Positions 30,498 to 48,713 of a stretch of DNA of 64,000 bases are shown piece by piece; positions within the stretch are counted from its first letter, which is position 1; each line of letters starts with the position of its first letter. The translations under genes and the position numbers were made by a program. Under the pieces are notes generated by a model. It had not been told where the DNA came from. It saw only the letters and a list, made by a program, of their open reading frames with translations, and did not search any database. Location of the stretch: contig OZ024766.1 of the NCBI GenBank assembly GCA_964016885.1, positions 8,060,001 through 8,124,000 on the forward strand. Direction: 5' to 3'. This DNA comes from Eledone cirrhosa. Lineage: Eukaryota.

Positions 30498-31193
30498 ATA
30501 TATGTGTGTGTGTATATATATATGTGTGTGTGTATATATGTGTGTGTGTGTATGTATGTGTGTGTATATATATATGTATGTATGTGTGTATATATATATA
30601 TGTATGTATGTGTGTATATATATATATGTATGTATGTGTGTATATATATATATGTATGTATGTGTGTATATACATATATGTATATATATGTATGTATGTA
30701 TGTGTATATATATATAAATATATATATCTGTGTGTGTATATGTATGTGTATGTATAGGTATAGATATATGTATGTATATTTATGTATGTATGTATATATT
30801 GAAAGGATAACAAATATATGTATATATATATATATATATACATATGTATGTATGTATATATATATATGTACATATGTATGTATATATATATACATATGTA
30901 TGTATATATATATACATATGTATGTATATATATATACATATGTATGTATATATATATATATATATACATATGTATGTATGTATATATATATATGTACATA
31001 TGTATGTATATATATATACATATGTATGTATATATATATACATATGTATGTATATATATATACATATGTATGTATATATATATACATATGTATGTATATA
31101 TATATACATATGTATGTATATATATGTATATATATATACATATGTATGTATATATACATATATATATATACATATGTATGTATATATATGTAC

Positions 31194-31261
<68 letters not shown>

Positions 31262-31291
31262 GTATGTATGTATATATACATATGTATGTAT

Positions 31292-31902
31292 ATGGTGGCT
31301 GCCAACTCGTTTTCGAGTACGGCCACTACTTTATGTCCATGTAGGAGAACCCCTACCGATGCGCTGAACGAGTGTGACTTTTTAGTCCAGCCAGCGACTT
31401 GAAAACTCTGGTACAAACACTACACTTGTGACAATTATTGACACATAGTGCTGGGCCCATGGTACCATGTGACGACAAGTGCAGAGAGATCTACAGATAT
31501 AAAGCAATGCCTGTGCCGTGAAGCTTTTATAGTGAGCAAAGGCACTGCACAAAGCCAGTCCCACTCTCTTAACCAAGATGATATTTACCAAAAAGAAGAA
31601 CAAGTCAACATCATTGGATACCATCAGGGTTGCAGGTGTTATATCAGAGTTTTCCTTCTTCTAGAATTCTGCCTTGACAAAGGCTAAGGGGTCATCTCTC
31701 CCGGTGATTTTGGATGGCCATTGACTCTTAAGAGCTCCTTTGCCCTTTGACAGGTTTTGTTTTTAGTCCTGCAGGATGTCCAAAGTCACCCTCCTCACCA
31801 AGAAACCTTGGTGGGGTTGCCAGTTTAGTCGCCAACGACCCGACCATGGGACAGGTTGTACTGGGATACATGTTACCAGTAGCACCAACTGGTGACCTGA
31901 CA
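31292..31902 (-). mobile_element. ~610-bp non-autonomous bipartite RTE-derived element
   Basis: Near-identical to 61414-62024; ends in a C2H2 finger remnant, stem-loop and (AT)n. Confidence 0.75.
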
Positions 31903-32734
31903 TACATATAATATATAACATATAATATATATATATATACATATGTATGAATATAAACATATATATGTATATATAATATATATATACATATGTATGTATA
32001 TATACATATGTATGTATGTATATATACATGTGTGTGTGTATGTATATATGTATGTATGTGTGTGTGTATGTATATACATGTATGTATGTATATATGTATG
32101 TATATATACATATATATACATACATATATACATATATATATACATACATGCACACATACATACACACATACATCCATACATATATACATACATATACATA
32201 CATACATACACACACACACATACATATACATACATACACATACATACATATATACACACACACACACACACACATATACATACACACATACATACATACA
32301 TACACACGTACATACATACATACATACACACACACACATACATACACACACACACATATACATACATACACACACATACATACATACATATATACACACA
32401 CACACACACATACATACACACATACACATACACACACACATACATACACACACATACACACCTATATCTAAATACGGTCATCTAGAATACATAACACATT
32501 CGTCTCTGAAATATGTCCGAGTTGTTGTTGGGGGCAGAACCGGTCCTGCTAGTGACCACACCCAGTTATCAGGTGTGACACAAGGTCATGTGACCTGCTA
32601 GGCAGAGACTACAGTGTGTAAGTGTGTTGTGTAAGTGTGTAGAGTTACACAACAATCTATCACACCTCCCCCCCCCCCACTCTTCCTTTCTCTACAGTTT
32701 CGTCTATCTCATAATTATATTGAGGTGTTAATGG

Positions 32735-33487
<753 letters not shown>

Positions 33488-33489
33488 AG

Positions 33490-34020
33490 CCACGGAGTAG
33501 GCAGACCCAGAAAAACCTGGGACGACTTGATAAATTCCGACCTCACACACTTACACCTCTCCAAGACAATGTCACTGGACCGAGATCTTTGGCGCTACAC
33601 AGTAATACAGAAGACCCGCCTTGCCTAAGTACAAAGTGAAACCTACTACAGTCAGTAGGCACCTCTAACAAAATACACCCCCGTCCCACTACCCCCACCC
33701 CATTCCATAACACCCCTTTCGATGTAAAGTTATGTTGGTACCACAACATCCAGCCCGAAACAAATGAGGTCGTGTAGGTGTCACGACAAAAAAACACACA
33801 GTCCACGCTGTAATGTGGCCGTGTAGGCAACACAGTAAAAACCTCCCAGTCCACATTGTAAATGTGGTTGGTGTTAGGAAGGGCATTCAGCCGTAGAAAA
33901 CCCGCCAGACAGTCCTATACGAGCAAGACAACCACTCTTGCCTCAAGTGAGACAATTCCCGTCCAAACCCATGCTAGCGTGGAAGATGGACGTTAAACGA
34001 TGATGATGATGATGATGATG
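33490..34020 (+). mobile_element. RTE LINE 3' end
   Basis: GRPRKTWDDLINSDL...DRDLWR followed by the shared UTR and (GAT)n. Confidence 0.85.
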
Positions 34021-34181
34021 AGCTATTTGTAAGCGGTGCTCTCTCTGTGTGTGTAATATTATATGAATTCGTTGCTCTACGGTTAAGCTTCTCCCATTTC
34101 GATTGTTAGAATTAGGAATTAAATAATGATTCTACTTGTCTTAACACGTAAAATCTCATCTCTCTATCTGTCTATCTACCT

Positions 34182-34817
34182 TCATTTAAAAACGAAAGAG
34201 AGGCGGTTTTCCTCTGTATAGTGGCTATGGTAAAAGAGGTTATATGGTGGACGAGGTTGAGAGGACTGAGGACAGATGCCTTTCTCTCCGGACAACAATT
34301 GATTCCCTTCTTTAGGTACCACTTTAGAAGGAGAATCAGAGTGGAGAGTGAGGCACTGCACCCCAGTAAATTTACTGCAAGGTGTTATATGGTGGACAAG
34401 ATTGAGAGGACTGAGGACAGATGCCTTTCTCTCCGGACAACAACTTATTCCCTTCTTTAGGTACCACTTTAGAAGGAGAATCAGAGTGGAGAGAGAATCA
34501 CTGCACCCCAGTAAATTTACTGAAAGGTGGGTGAATGTGGCAAAAATGGCCCGAGTGATTGGGCCTTCTCTGTATATAAACCTGTAGGTTGAAGATGAGA
34601 GCAAAAGGAAGAAAGGGGCACCTGCACAACACGCTCCTGAAGTTGAGGGTTCTATCTACGGGGTATTAAACAACCCATTTGTGGCGCCTAACCCCTATTG
34701 GGGATTTCGATTGTTTAATTTGTTTGTTTCAATATTTTTACACGACTGTATGTAAAATCCCCGGCATGTCTTTGTATTGTCCCCTTTTCTTGTGCGCCCT
34801 TGTGGCTAATAAAGAAA
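34182..34817 (+). mobile_element. Tx1-like LINE 3' end with ~145-bp internal duplication, inserted in (TATC)n
   Basis: AMVKEVIWWTR...FRRRIRVERE...FTERW C-terminus; AATAAA at 34808; TATC repeats on both sides. Confidence 0.6.
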
Positions 34818-35038
34818 TCTATCTATCTATTTGCCTATCAACACATATTTGTATATATAAATAGATAGATAGATATACACCCACTTATATATATACTCCT
34901 GCTCTGTAAAACATCTCATGTATTTACATTGAGCTATTTTTCTTACTGGTAATAAGGTAGTAATAAATTAATGACCTTTCCTGTTTATAATTATATATAG
35001 TGTATATATGTGTGTATATGTATATATATATATATATG

Positions 35039-36013
35039 TGGACAGCTTCCGTTACCTGGGCGATAAAATCAGCAGTGGGGGAGGGTGCTCTGAAAGTACT
35101 GTAGCTAGAGTCAGAACTGGTTGGAAAAAGTTCAGAGAGCTTATACCACTATTAGCTGCTAAAGGGTTCTCACTAAAAATGAAAGGCAGGTTGTACGATG
35201 CCTGCATACGAACAGCAATGCTGCATGGCAGTGAGACCTGGGCATTGTGTGCAGAGGATATACGCAGACTAGAGAGGAACGAAGCTTGCATGCTCCGCTG
35301 GATGTGTAACAGTAATATACGTGAACGGCAAAGCATAAACGAACTAAGGAAAAAATTAGAGATAAGAGGGATCAGATGTTGTTTACTCGAGAGAAGGCTA
35401 CGTTGGTATGGACACGTGATGTGCATGAAAGTCGATAGCTGTATAACAAAGTGCAGGGCAATAAAGATAGACGGTAGTCACGGAATAGGCAGACCTAGAA
35501 AAACCTGGGACGAGCTGATAAACTCCGACATCACACACTTACACCTCTCCAAGACAATGTCACTGGACCGAGACCTTTGGCGGTACTCAGTAACAGAGAA
35601 GACCCGCCTTACCTAAATATATAGTAAAACCTACTCCAGCCAGTAGGCATCTCTAACAAAATACACCCCGTCCCACCACCCCCACCCCCACCCGATCCAC
35701 ACCACCCCGTTCTATGTAAAGTTATGTTGGTGCCGCGCCTTCGAGGCCGAAACAAATGAGATCGTGTAGGTGTCACGACAAAAAAACACACAGTCCACGC
35801 TGTAATGTGGCCGTGTAGGCAACACGGTAAAAACCTCCCAGACCCACACTGTAAATGTGGTTGGTGTTAGGAAGGGCATCCAACTGTAGAAAACCTGCCA
35901 GACAGTCCTATGCGAGCAAGACAATCACTCTTGCCTCAAGTGGGACTACCCCCGTCCAAACCCATGCAAGCGTGGAACACGGACGTTAAACGTTGATGAT
36001 GATGATGATGATG
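35039..36013 (+). mobile_element. 5'-truncated RTE LINE (ORF C-terminus to 35616 plus full 3' UTR)
   Basis: VDSFRYLG...KGRLYDACIRTAMLHGSETW...RRLRWYGHV...GRPRKTW. Confidence 0.92.
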
Positions 36014-36014
36014 A

Positions 36015-39370
<3,356 letters not shown>

Positions 39371-39848
39371 TATAACACCCATGTGGAGGAAAGAGAAGAG
39401 AAATTAAAGAAAGCAACAACAAGAATTTAATCATTTATTGCCTCTAGGGCCCAGTTATACAAAATATTGTTAAAAAAGGGGTTTACAGGGGGTTTAATTA
39501 CAATACTAAGGCACAGATGTTCCTGTTTAATTTAGTGGGGCTTTCTGGTGACTCTTCTCTCTCATTAAAAATATATCTAATTAACTCCAAACATCCTCTG
39601 AGATAATTAGTTGTAATATTGTCTGTATATATATATATATATATGTATGTGTGTATACATATATATACACATATATATGTATATATGTGTGTGTGTATAC
39701 ATACATATATATATATACACACATATATAACTATATATATAAACACACACACATATAACTATATATATAAACACACACACATATATATATATATATAGAA
39801 ACACACATATACATATGATATATTGGAAACTATTTATAAAACCATAAT

Positions 39849-39914
39849 TATTTTATTATACATATTTCAAGGGCAACCAAGGCAAATTATGGTGCGCTTT
39901 CATCAGATAAAATA
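39849..39914 (-). ncRNA. Type I hammerhead ribozyme motif (left member of inverted pair)
   Basis: tattttat-CTGATGA-aag-c-gcacca...tggttgc-c-ctt-GAAA-tatgta-TA-ataaaata. Confidence 0.65.
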
Positions 39915-40773
39915 CAAATTTGTTTTATAAATAAATATTGACATACCCGCATAAAGACAAGGTTTGCTGGATAGTTGTAAGTAATCATTTTACGTCCCCT
40001 TTTCCCTGCTTGCAAGGGTGGGACGGGAACTGATTCTGGCTTGATTTCTACAGCTGGATGCCCTTCCTAACACCAACCTCATTTACAGTGAGTGCTGGGT
40101 GCTTTTTTGCTGTGGCACCTCCACGACCACTTTGCAGTGGAATGATAGGGACCCCAGTCCCTATCATCTCATTTCTACAGCTGAGTAAACTGGAGCAATG
40201 TGAAATAAAGTGTCTTGCTAAAGGAAACAACACATCACCCGCTCTGAGAATTGAACTCACAACCTTTCGATTGCAAGGCCAATGCTCTAACCACTAAGCC
40301 ATGTGCCTCCATATATATATATATATTTAGGTTTGTTGGTTCACCACTGGATAGAACTGGTCATTCCGTATAGTCAACCTTGATGTAATATTAGGGGGAG
40401 CACCTCCACGACCTCTTTACAGTGAGTGCTGGGTGCTCTTTTTGCCGTGGCACCTCCACGACCCTTTACAGTGGAATGATAGGGACCCCAGTCCCTATCA
40501 TCTCATTTCTACAGCTGAGTAAACTGGAGCAATGTGAAATAAAGTGTCTTGCTCAAGGAAACAACAAATCACCCGGTCTGAGAATTGAACTCACAACCTT
40601 TCGATTGCAAGGCCTCCATGTGCCTGATACAAAGTTATGATTGAGTATGCAAATGAGTGTCAGAAAAATTGAATCACCCTCAATAAATGTACTATCTCCA
40701 CTATCCAGGAAGCTCCAACCGTTAAGGTTGTCTTTATCCGGGTATGTCAATATTTATTTATAAAACAAATTTA

Positions 40774-40839
40774 TATTTTATCTGATGAAAGCGCACCATA
40801 ATTTGCCTTGGTTGCCCTTGAAATATATATAATAAAATA
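40774..40839 (+). ncRNA. Type I hammerhead ribozyme motif (right member of inverted pair)
   Basis: Same core as 39849-39914 in the opposite orientation; stem III ATATATAT is a perfect palindrome. Confidence 0.65.
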
Positions 40840-41063
40840 AATATGGTTTTATAAATATAGTTTCCATTTATTAATATATTGAATATTTACTCCACTAAAC
40901 TGTTGAGTGCTTTATATCAGTTATAAAAAGGTTTAAGCTTGTTGGAATCCCAACAAATTAAATATAACCTCTGCATATACATATATATATATATATACAC
41001 ATATATATATATACACATATATATATATACATATATATATATATACACATATATATATACACA

Positions 41064-41095
<32 letters not shown>

Positions 41096-41651
41096 CATAT
41101 ATATATATACATATATATATATACATTTTTATATACATATATATGCACACATATATATATATATACATATATATATATACATATATATGCACACACATAT
41201 ATATATATACATATATATATATATACACATATATATATATACACATATATATATATACACATATATATATATACACATATATATATATATACACATATAT
41301 ATATATATATACACATATATATATATATACACATATATATATATATACACATATATATATATACACATATATATACACATATATATATATATATACACAC
41401 ATATATATATACACATATATATGCATACACATATATATGCACACACACATATATATATATATATACATACACATAGGGCTAGTAAGGTATACAATTTGAG
41501 GGCGATTTGGCTGCTATTTCTAGCAGGAGTGTTGACATGGTGCAGAAGTTTTTGCTCTTTCCTCCTCTTCCCATCAATTTCTACACTCCGCCACCTTTTT
41601 CAAACGGCAGGAAACTCTGAGCAGGGGTCCGGCAGGGGGTAGTTTACATGT

Positions 41652-42460
41652 CTAAGTCTTTTCGTTGAGGGGGCGGTATCTGAAAGAGAGGAAAGCCGCG
41701 GTGGAGGTGTACCGCTTTCGCAGCAGCATGACCGCGAGCAGCACGACCCCGAGGCATGCGCTCATGGCAAACACCACCACTATAAAGTAGGCATGTATAT
41801 TGCCTGGTCCGTGCACGGTAAGTGTGACTCCTGGGACACCGTAGCTGGGTTTGTCGTCGGAAGAGGAAGAGGATGGTTGAGGCGGGGTGGAAACGACATC
41901 CTCACCAGTGGTGGGAGAGAAGCTAGGGTCACCGCCGAGTGAGGCGTGCTGCTGCCGAGGGAGAGGGCGGACGACGAACGGGTCGTCGCTGTAGTTTTCG
42001 GCGTCGAGTTCTCCACCGCTGAGGTCCTTCGCGCACCGCGCGTAGCCGCGCATGGTCGGCTGTCGGATGGCACACACCTGCGCCGCCAGGGTCTTTTGAC
42101 TCGGGACCGGTTCCGGCCCGTTCAGGCCGACAGAGACGGAGTTGTATCGGAGATAGCGTCGGAACGGTGATGTCGGGTCCAGGGAGAATTCGGAAGCAAG
42201 TTGCTGGAAACCCTGGGCGGAGAACGCGTCGAGGGGAAAGTCCTCAAGGGCTCGGTACTCCAGCTGCCAGTCGGCGCGGTTCACCCTCGGCTGGACGCTC
42301 GACAGATTCAGATAGTATTGGTGGTAGTTGAGGAGGTGGTTTGTTGTGCGGTTGTAGTAGTAGAGTCTTATGCCGGGATTGTTTGGCCCGACCCCTGGTA
42401 GGGTACTGTTCATGGGGGTCACAGCTGGGGCCATGAACATCACTGATGCAGCAACGCCAT
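41652..42460 (-). CDS. SMPDL3: SMPDL3 exon 6 (terminal): C-terminal domain, Ser/Pro linker, TM helix, RKR-...YRPL tail, TAG stop
   Basis: Polypyrimidine tract plus TACAG acceptor at 42461; [18 protein letters not shown] motifs; GC-rich coding-like composition. Confidence 0.92.
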
Positions 42461-42539
42461 CTGTAGGGAGTTAGAGAGAGAGAGAGAGAGAGACAATGAG
42501 ATGTTATACAGGTGTGATGTGAAAATATATACACAAGTT

Positions 42540-42578
<39 letters not shown>

Positions 42579-42642
42579 TAATGTGTATATATATATATAT
42601 ATATTAATGTGTATATATATATATATATATATGTATATATTA

Positions 42643-42717
<75 letters not shown>

Positions 42718-42775
42718 TTAATGTGTATATATATATATGTATATATTAATGTGTATATGTATATATATATATATC

Positions 42776-42824
<49 letters not shown>

Positions 42825-42860
42825 TAATGTGTATATATATATATGTATATGTATATATTA

Positions 42861-42892
<32 letters not shown>

Positions 42893-43083
42893 TAATGTGT
42901 GTGTATATGTATATATGTATATATATATATATATGTATATATTAAATAAAATAAAAATGGCGTGGACATTACAATACAATAGGAGGAAACATTATAGTAC
43001 CACTGATGATGTCACAGATGTGCAACGAAAGAACTTTGACTATATATATATACCCTTGCAAGCAGGGAAAAAGCGGACGTAAA

Positions 43084-43125
<42 letters not shown>

Positions 43126-44663
43126 TCATCATCATCATCGTTTAACGTCCCTGTTCCACGCTTGCATGGGTTTGGACGGGGGTTTTTCCCACTTGAGGCA
43201 AGAGTGGTTGTCTTGCTCGCATAGGACTGTCTGGCGGGTTTTCTACAGTTGGATGCCCTTCCTAACACCAACCACATTTACAGTGTGGGACTGGGAGGAT
43301 TTTACCGTGTTATTTATATCAAAGAAGAGAAATAGGACGAAGGTAAACAGTTACAAAAGAATTTAATCCACGTATTAACAATTGTTTCATCAGAATTTCA
43401 GTCCATTATTGCTACACTATGTTATAATAGGCAATCAAGAAAGATACTGTAGCATCCGAATTTTCAAAATACAAAGTTGGAATGAGCTGATGGAACAATT
43501 GTTAATACGTGGATTAAATTCTTTTGTAACTGTTTACCTTCGTCCTATTTAATAATAATAATAATGAAATTATTGTGTAAAGTGCTCAGGTGCACTACAA
43601 CTCGTCAATATAGTACATAGAATAATACACAAATGTCAGGGAAGTACATGTGTGTATGTGTTAGCTGTTCTGTTGGCGGATCTCGGGAAGCATGGAGGCC
43701 TTAAAGGATGCAGTGTCTCGACAGCTAACAACTGATGCAGGTAGTTTGTTCCATGGAGGCCTTAAAGGATGCAGTGTCTCGACAGCTAACAACTGATGCA
43801 GGTAGTTTGTTCCATGGAGGCCTTAAAGGATGCAGTGTCTCGACAGCTAACAACTGATGCAGGTAGTTTGTTCCATGGAGGCCTTAAAGGATGCAGTGTC
43901 TCGACAGCTAACAACTGATGCAGGCAGTTTGTTCCATGCTTCAGCAACTCTGAACGTGAAAAAATGTTTCCGAAAGTCATGGGAACTGTGCTGTTTTCTT
44001 ACTTTGTGGGCATGTCCACGTGTGTTAGACACATGGAAATCGAAAAGGTACTCAGGGTTGTTGTTGGCAACATGGTTAACAATTTTGTGGGTGTTTACCA
44101 AGTCAGTTGCCAGGCGTCGGAGCTTCAATGAATCCATGCCCAGGGAAGCAAGGCGCTCAGAGTATGGTAGATGCCTGATGGAGGGTATTCGCTTCTCTTC
44201 TTTGATTACACTCCTCGTTTGTTCGTGTTTCCACCACAGAATCCCTACCAACCTGTTGAGTCACCTTAACGTATGTTGAGAACTTTCCTCACAACTTGTT
44301 CTACCAAGCTTTGGAATACTCCTAATAACTGAATATATATTTATATCTGTATGTTTAACCTTGGTCAATCAATGACAAACGTTGATTGCCAAATAAATTA
44401 ACTATGGAGATATAAAAGATACAGAAGTGAAAACCAACCAAACAGTGAGTGTGTTCTGTTATTATTTCTGGCAATATTCATCATCATCATCATCATCGTT
44501 TAATGTCTATCTTCCACGCCAGCATGGGTTTAGACGGGAATTGTCCCACTTGAGGCAAGATTGGTCGTCTCGCTCGTATGGGACTGTCTGGCGGGTTTTC
44601 TACGGCTGGATGCCCTTCCTAACACCAACCGCGTTTACAACAATATGACCCTCCCCAAGTATA

Positions 44664-44700
<37 letters not shown>

Positions 44701-47700
44701 ATATATATATATATACAAGTTTATATGTATATTATTTGAATTTAATATATATGGAGGCACATGGCTTAGTGGTTAGAGCATTGGGCTTGCAATCAAAAGG
44801 TTGTGAGTTCAATTCTCAGACCAGGTGATGTGTTGTTTCCTTGAGCAAGACACTTCATTTCACATTGCTCCAGTTTACTCAGCTGTAGAAATGAGATGAT
44901 ATGGACTGGGGTCCCTATCATTCCACTGCAAAGTAGTCGTGGAGGTGCCACGGCAAGAAAGCACCCAGCACTCACTGTAAATGAGGTTGGTGTTAGGAAG
45001 GGCATCCAGCTGTAGAAATGAGATGATAGGGATTGGGGTCCCTATCATTCCACTGCAAGGTGGACGTGGAGGTGCCACGGCAAGAAAGCACCCAGCACTC
45101 ACTGTAAATGAGGTTGGTGTTAGGAAGGGCATCCAGCTGTAGAAATGAGATGATAGGGATTGGGGTCCCTATCATTCCACTGCAAAGTGGTCGTGGAGGT
45201 GCCACGGCAAGAAAGCACCCAGCACTCACTGTAAATGAGGTTGGTGTTAGGAAGGGCATCCAGCTGTAGAAATGAGATGATAGGGATTGGGGTCCCTATC
45301 ATTCCACTGCAAGGTGGACGTGGAGGTGCCACGGCAAGAAAGCACCCAGCACTCACTGTAAATGAGGTTGGTGTTAGGAAGGGCATCCAGCTGTAGAAAT
45401 CAAGCCAGAATCAGTTCCCGTCCCACCCTTGCAAGCAGGGAAAAGTGGACGTAAAATCATAATGATGATAATAATAATAATGAAATTATTGTGTAAAGTG
45501 CTCAGGTGCACTACAACTCGTCAATATAGTACATAGAATAATACACAAATGCCAGGGAAGTACATGTTTGTATGTGTTAGCTGTAGTGTTGGCGGATCTC
45601 GGGAAGCATGGAGGCCTTAAAGGATGCAGCGTCTCGACAGCTAACAACTGATGCAGGTAGTTTGAAATACTGTGTGTTTATTTAAAAACATTTTGAGGTC
45701 TTTCACTCTGACTTTACAGCAGGGGTTCTCAACCTGGTCCATGAAATCTTCAAATCCCAATTCTCTTTTGATCCATGCATTTGACTTAAAGCGCTGTTCC
45801 TATTCTTCGCATAAGTACGACCTCAGCTGTTTATTTGCGTAGATTTTTAGGCACTGCGACATGATAATAGGGTGTCACTTCTTGAGCCGCTGCATGATTA
45901 TCGCACCTCCTATTGTCTTCAAGTGTTATTGTCTCAGCCACTGACGTCAGAACTAAGGGCAGTTAATCGACTGTGTAGGCAGTCGATGCTAGATGGCGTG
46001 ATCTTCCTACAATAGCATTTTCTAATTCATTGAAAAAAAAACATCTACTGATGCTTATAAGTAGCAGTTCTATTACAAAAGATTTTAAAAGTTTAGGTGG
46101 TCCACAGGAATAAATTACTTATTTTGGTGGTCCACAGCGAAAAAAAGGTTGAGAACCCCTGCTTTCCAGTAGTATCTGTAGTCACACACCTAGCTTCAGC
46201 TAAAACAAAGGGAAATAACCATTGTTTAGCGGTTATCAAGGTTGTACATCGTTTATTTTTGCTGTGATCTGTAGAAGCTGGATTCATATAGAATACTAAT
46301 TATGTTTATTAGTTTAAACTTACTAACATACAGAGTGGTTGCCGGCCCAGCTACAATTAGAAATTTGTGTTGGAGCTCTGAAATAACAATATATATTTGA
46401 ATGTATGTGTTGTATATTGAAATAACCAATGTTTAGCAGTTATCAAGGTTAAAATAGCGATATATATTTGAATGTATGTGTTGTATATTGAAATAACCAA
46501 TGTTTAGCAGTTATCAAGGTTGAAATAGCGATATATATTTGAATGTATGTGTTGTATATTGAAATAACCAATGTTTAGCGGTTATCAAGGTTGAAATAGC
46601 GATATATATTTGAATGTATGTGTTGTATATTGAAATAACCAATGTTTAGTGGTTATCAAGGTTGAAATAGCGATATATATTTGAATGTATGTGTTGTATA
46701 TTGAAATAACCAATGTTTAGCAGTTATCAAGGTTGAAATAGCGATATATATTTGAATGTATGTGTTGTATATTGAAATAACCAATGTTTAGCGGTTATCA
46801 AGGTTGAAATAGCGATATATATTTGAATGTATGTGTTGTATATTGAAATAACCAATGTTTAGCAGTTATCAAGGTTAAAATAGCGATATATATTTGAATG
46901 TATGTGTTGTATATTGAAATAACCAATGTTTAGCAGTTATCAAGGTTGAAATAGCGATATATATTTGAATGTATGTGTTGTATATTTAATATACTGTAGT
47001 TTATTTTAAAACATTTTGAAGCACTTTCACTATAAATCTAAGATAGTGACTAATGTGATATACCTACCTTCAGCAAAAACAATATATATATTATATATAT
47101 ATATATATATATCATCATCATCATTTTTACGTCCACTTTTCCCTGCTTGAAAGGGTGAGATGGGAACTGATTCTGGCTTGATTTCCTAGGATGCCCTTCC
47201 TAACACCAACCTCATTTACAGTGAGTGCTGGGTGCTTTTTTGCCGTGGCACCTCCACGACCACTTTGCAGTGGAATGATAGGGACCCCAGTCCCTATCAT
47301 CTCATTTCTACAGCTGAGTAAACTGGAGCAATGTGAAATAAAGTGTCTTGCTCAAGGAAACAACACATCACCCGGTCTGAGAATTGAACTCACAACCTTT
47401 CGATTGCAAGGCCAATGCTCTAACCACTAAGCCAGCACTACAAACTACAACACCAACACCACCACCACCACTACCACCAGCACCAACCCCACTACCAACA
47501 CCACCAACACCACTACCAACTTCACCAGCACCAACCCCACCACCAACACCACCAACACCACCGACCCCACCACCAACACCACTACCAACTTCTACACCAC
47601 TACACCACCAACTTCACCAGCACCAACCCCACTACCAACACCACCACTACACCACCAACACCACTACCAACACCACCACTACACCACCAACACCACTACC

Positions 47701-48669
47701 AACTTCACCAGCACCAACCCCACTACTAACACCACTACCAACTTCACCACCAACCCCACTACCAACTTGAACACCACTACACCACCAACTTCACCAGCAC
47801 CAACCCCACTACCAACACCACCACTACACCACCAACACCACTACCAACACCACCACTACACCACCAACACCACTACCAACTTCACCAGCACCAACCCCAC
47901 TACTAACACCACTACCAACTTCACCACCAACCCCACTACCAACTTGAACACCACTACACCACCAACTTCACCAGCACCAACCCCACTACCAACACCACCA
48001 CTACACCACCAACACCACTACCAACACCACCACTACACCACCAACACCACTACCAACTTCACCAGCACCAACCCCACTACCAACACCACCACTACACCAC
48101 CAACACCACTACCAACACCACCACTACACCACCAACACCACTACCAACTTCACCAGCACCAACCCCACTACTAACACCACTACCAACTTCACCACCAACC
48201 CCACTACCAACTTGAACACCACTACACCACCAACTTCACCACTACCAACACCACCACTACACCACCAACACCACTACCAACACCACCACTACACCACCAA
48301 CACCACTACCAACTTCACCAGCACCAACCCCACTACTAACACCACTACCAACTTCACCACCAACCCCACTACCAACTTGAACACCACTACACCACCAACT
48401 TCACCAGCACCAACCCCACCACCAACACCAACTTTACCACCAACACCACCACCACCACAACACCACCTTACCTTTATATATCAACCTGAATGTATCGGTG
48501 TGCTCATGTCCAAAGATCTGCATGTTGACCGTGTCTGTGTAGTTGGTCAGTATGTTGACCAGCCGGTCATTGAAGTCTGCTTGGAACCATTGCAAGAATG
48601 GTCGTCGCTCAAATATTCCTGGGGGCACATGAGCCATCAGTAACACCTGGTGGGGTGAGATAGATAGGT

Positions 48670-48713
<44 letters not shown>

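Larger units (their letters stand above)
39822..40977. mobile_element. Penelope-like inverted-repeat element with two nested SINE-A insertions (39985-40310, 40395-40625, both minus)
   Basis: 39822-39962 is the inverse of 40728-40867; 40659-40712 reads VRKIESPSINVLSPLSRK, loosely like a GIY-YIG C-terminus. Confidence 0.6.

Noticed and set aside
47384-48460. Mucin-like Thr/Pro ORFs
   Set aside because: An intronic (CCA)n-type minisatellite on the non-coding strand.
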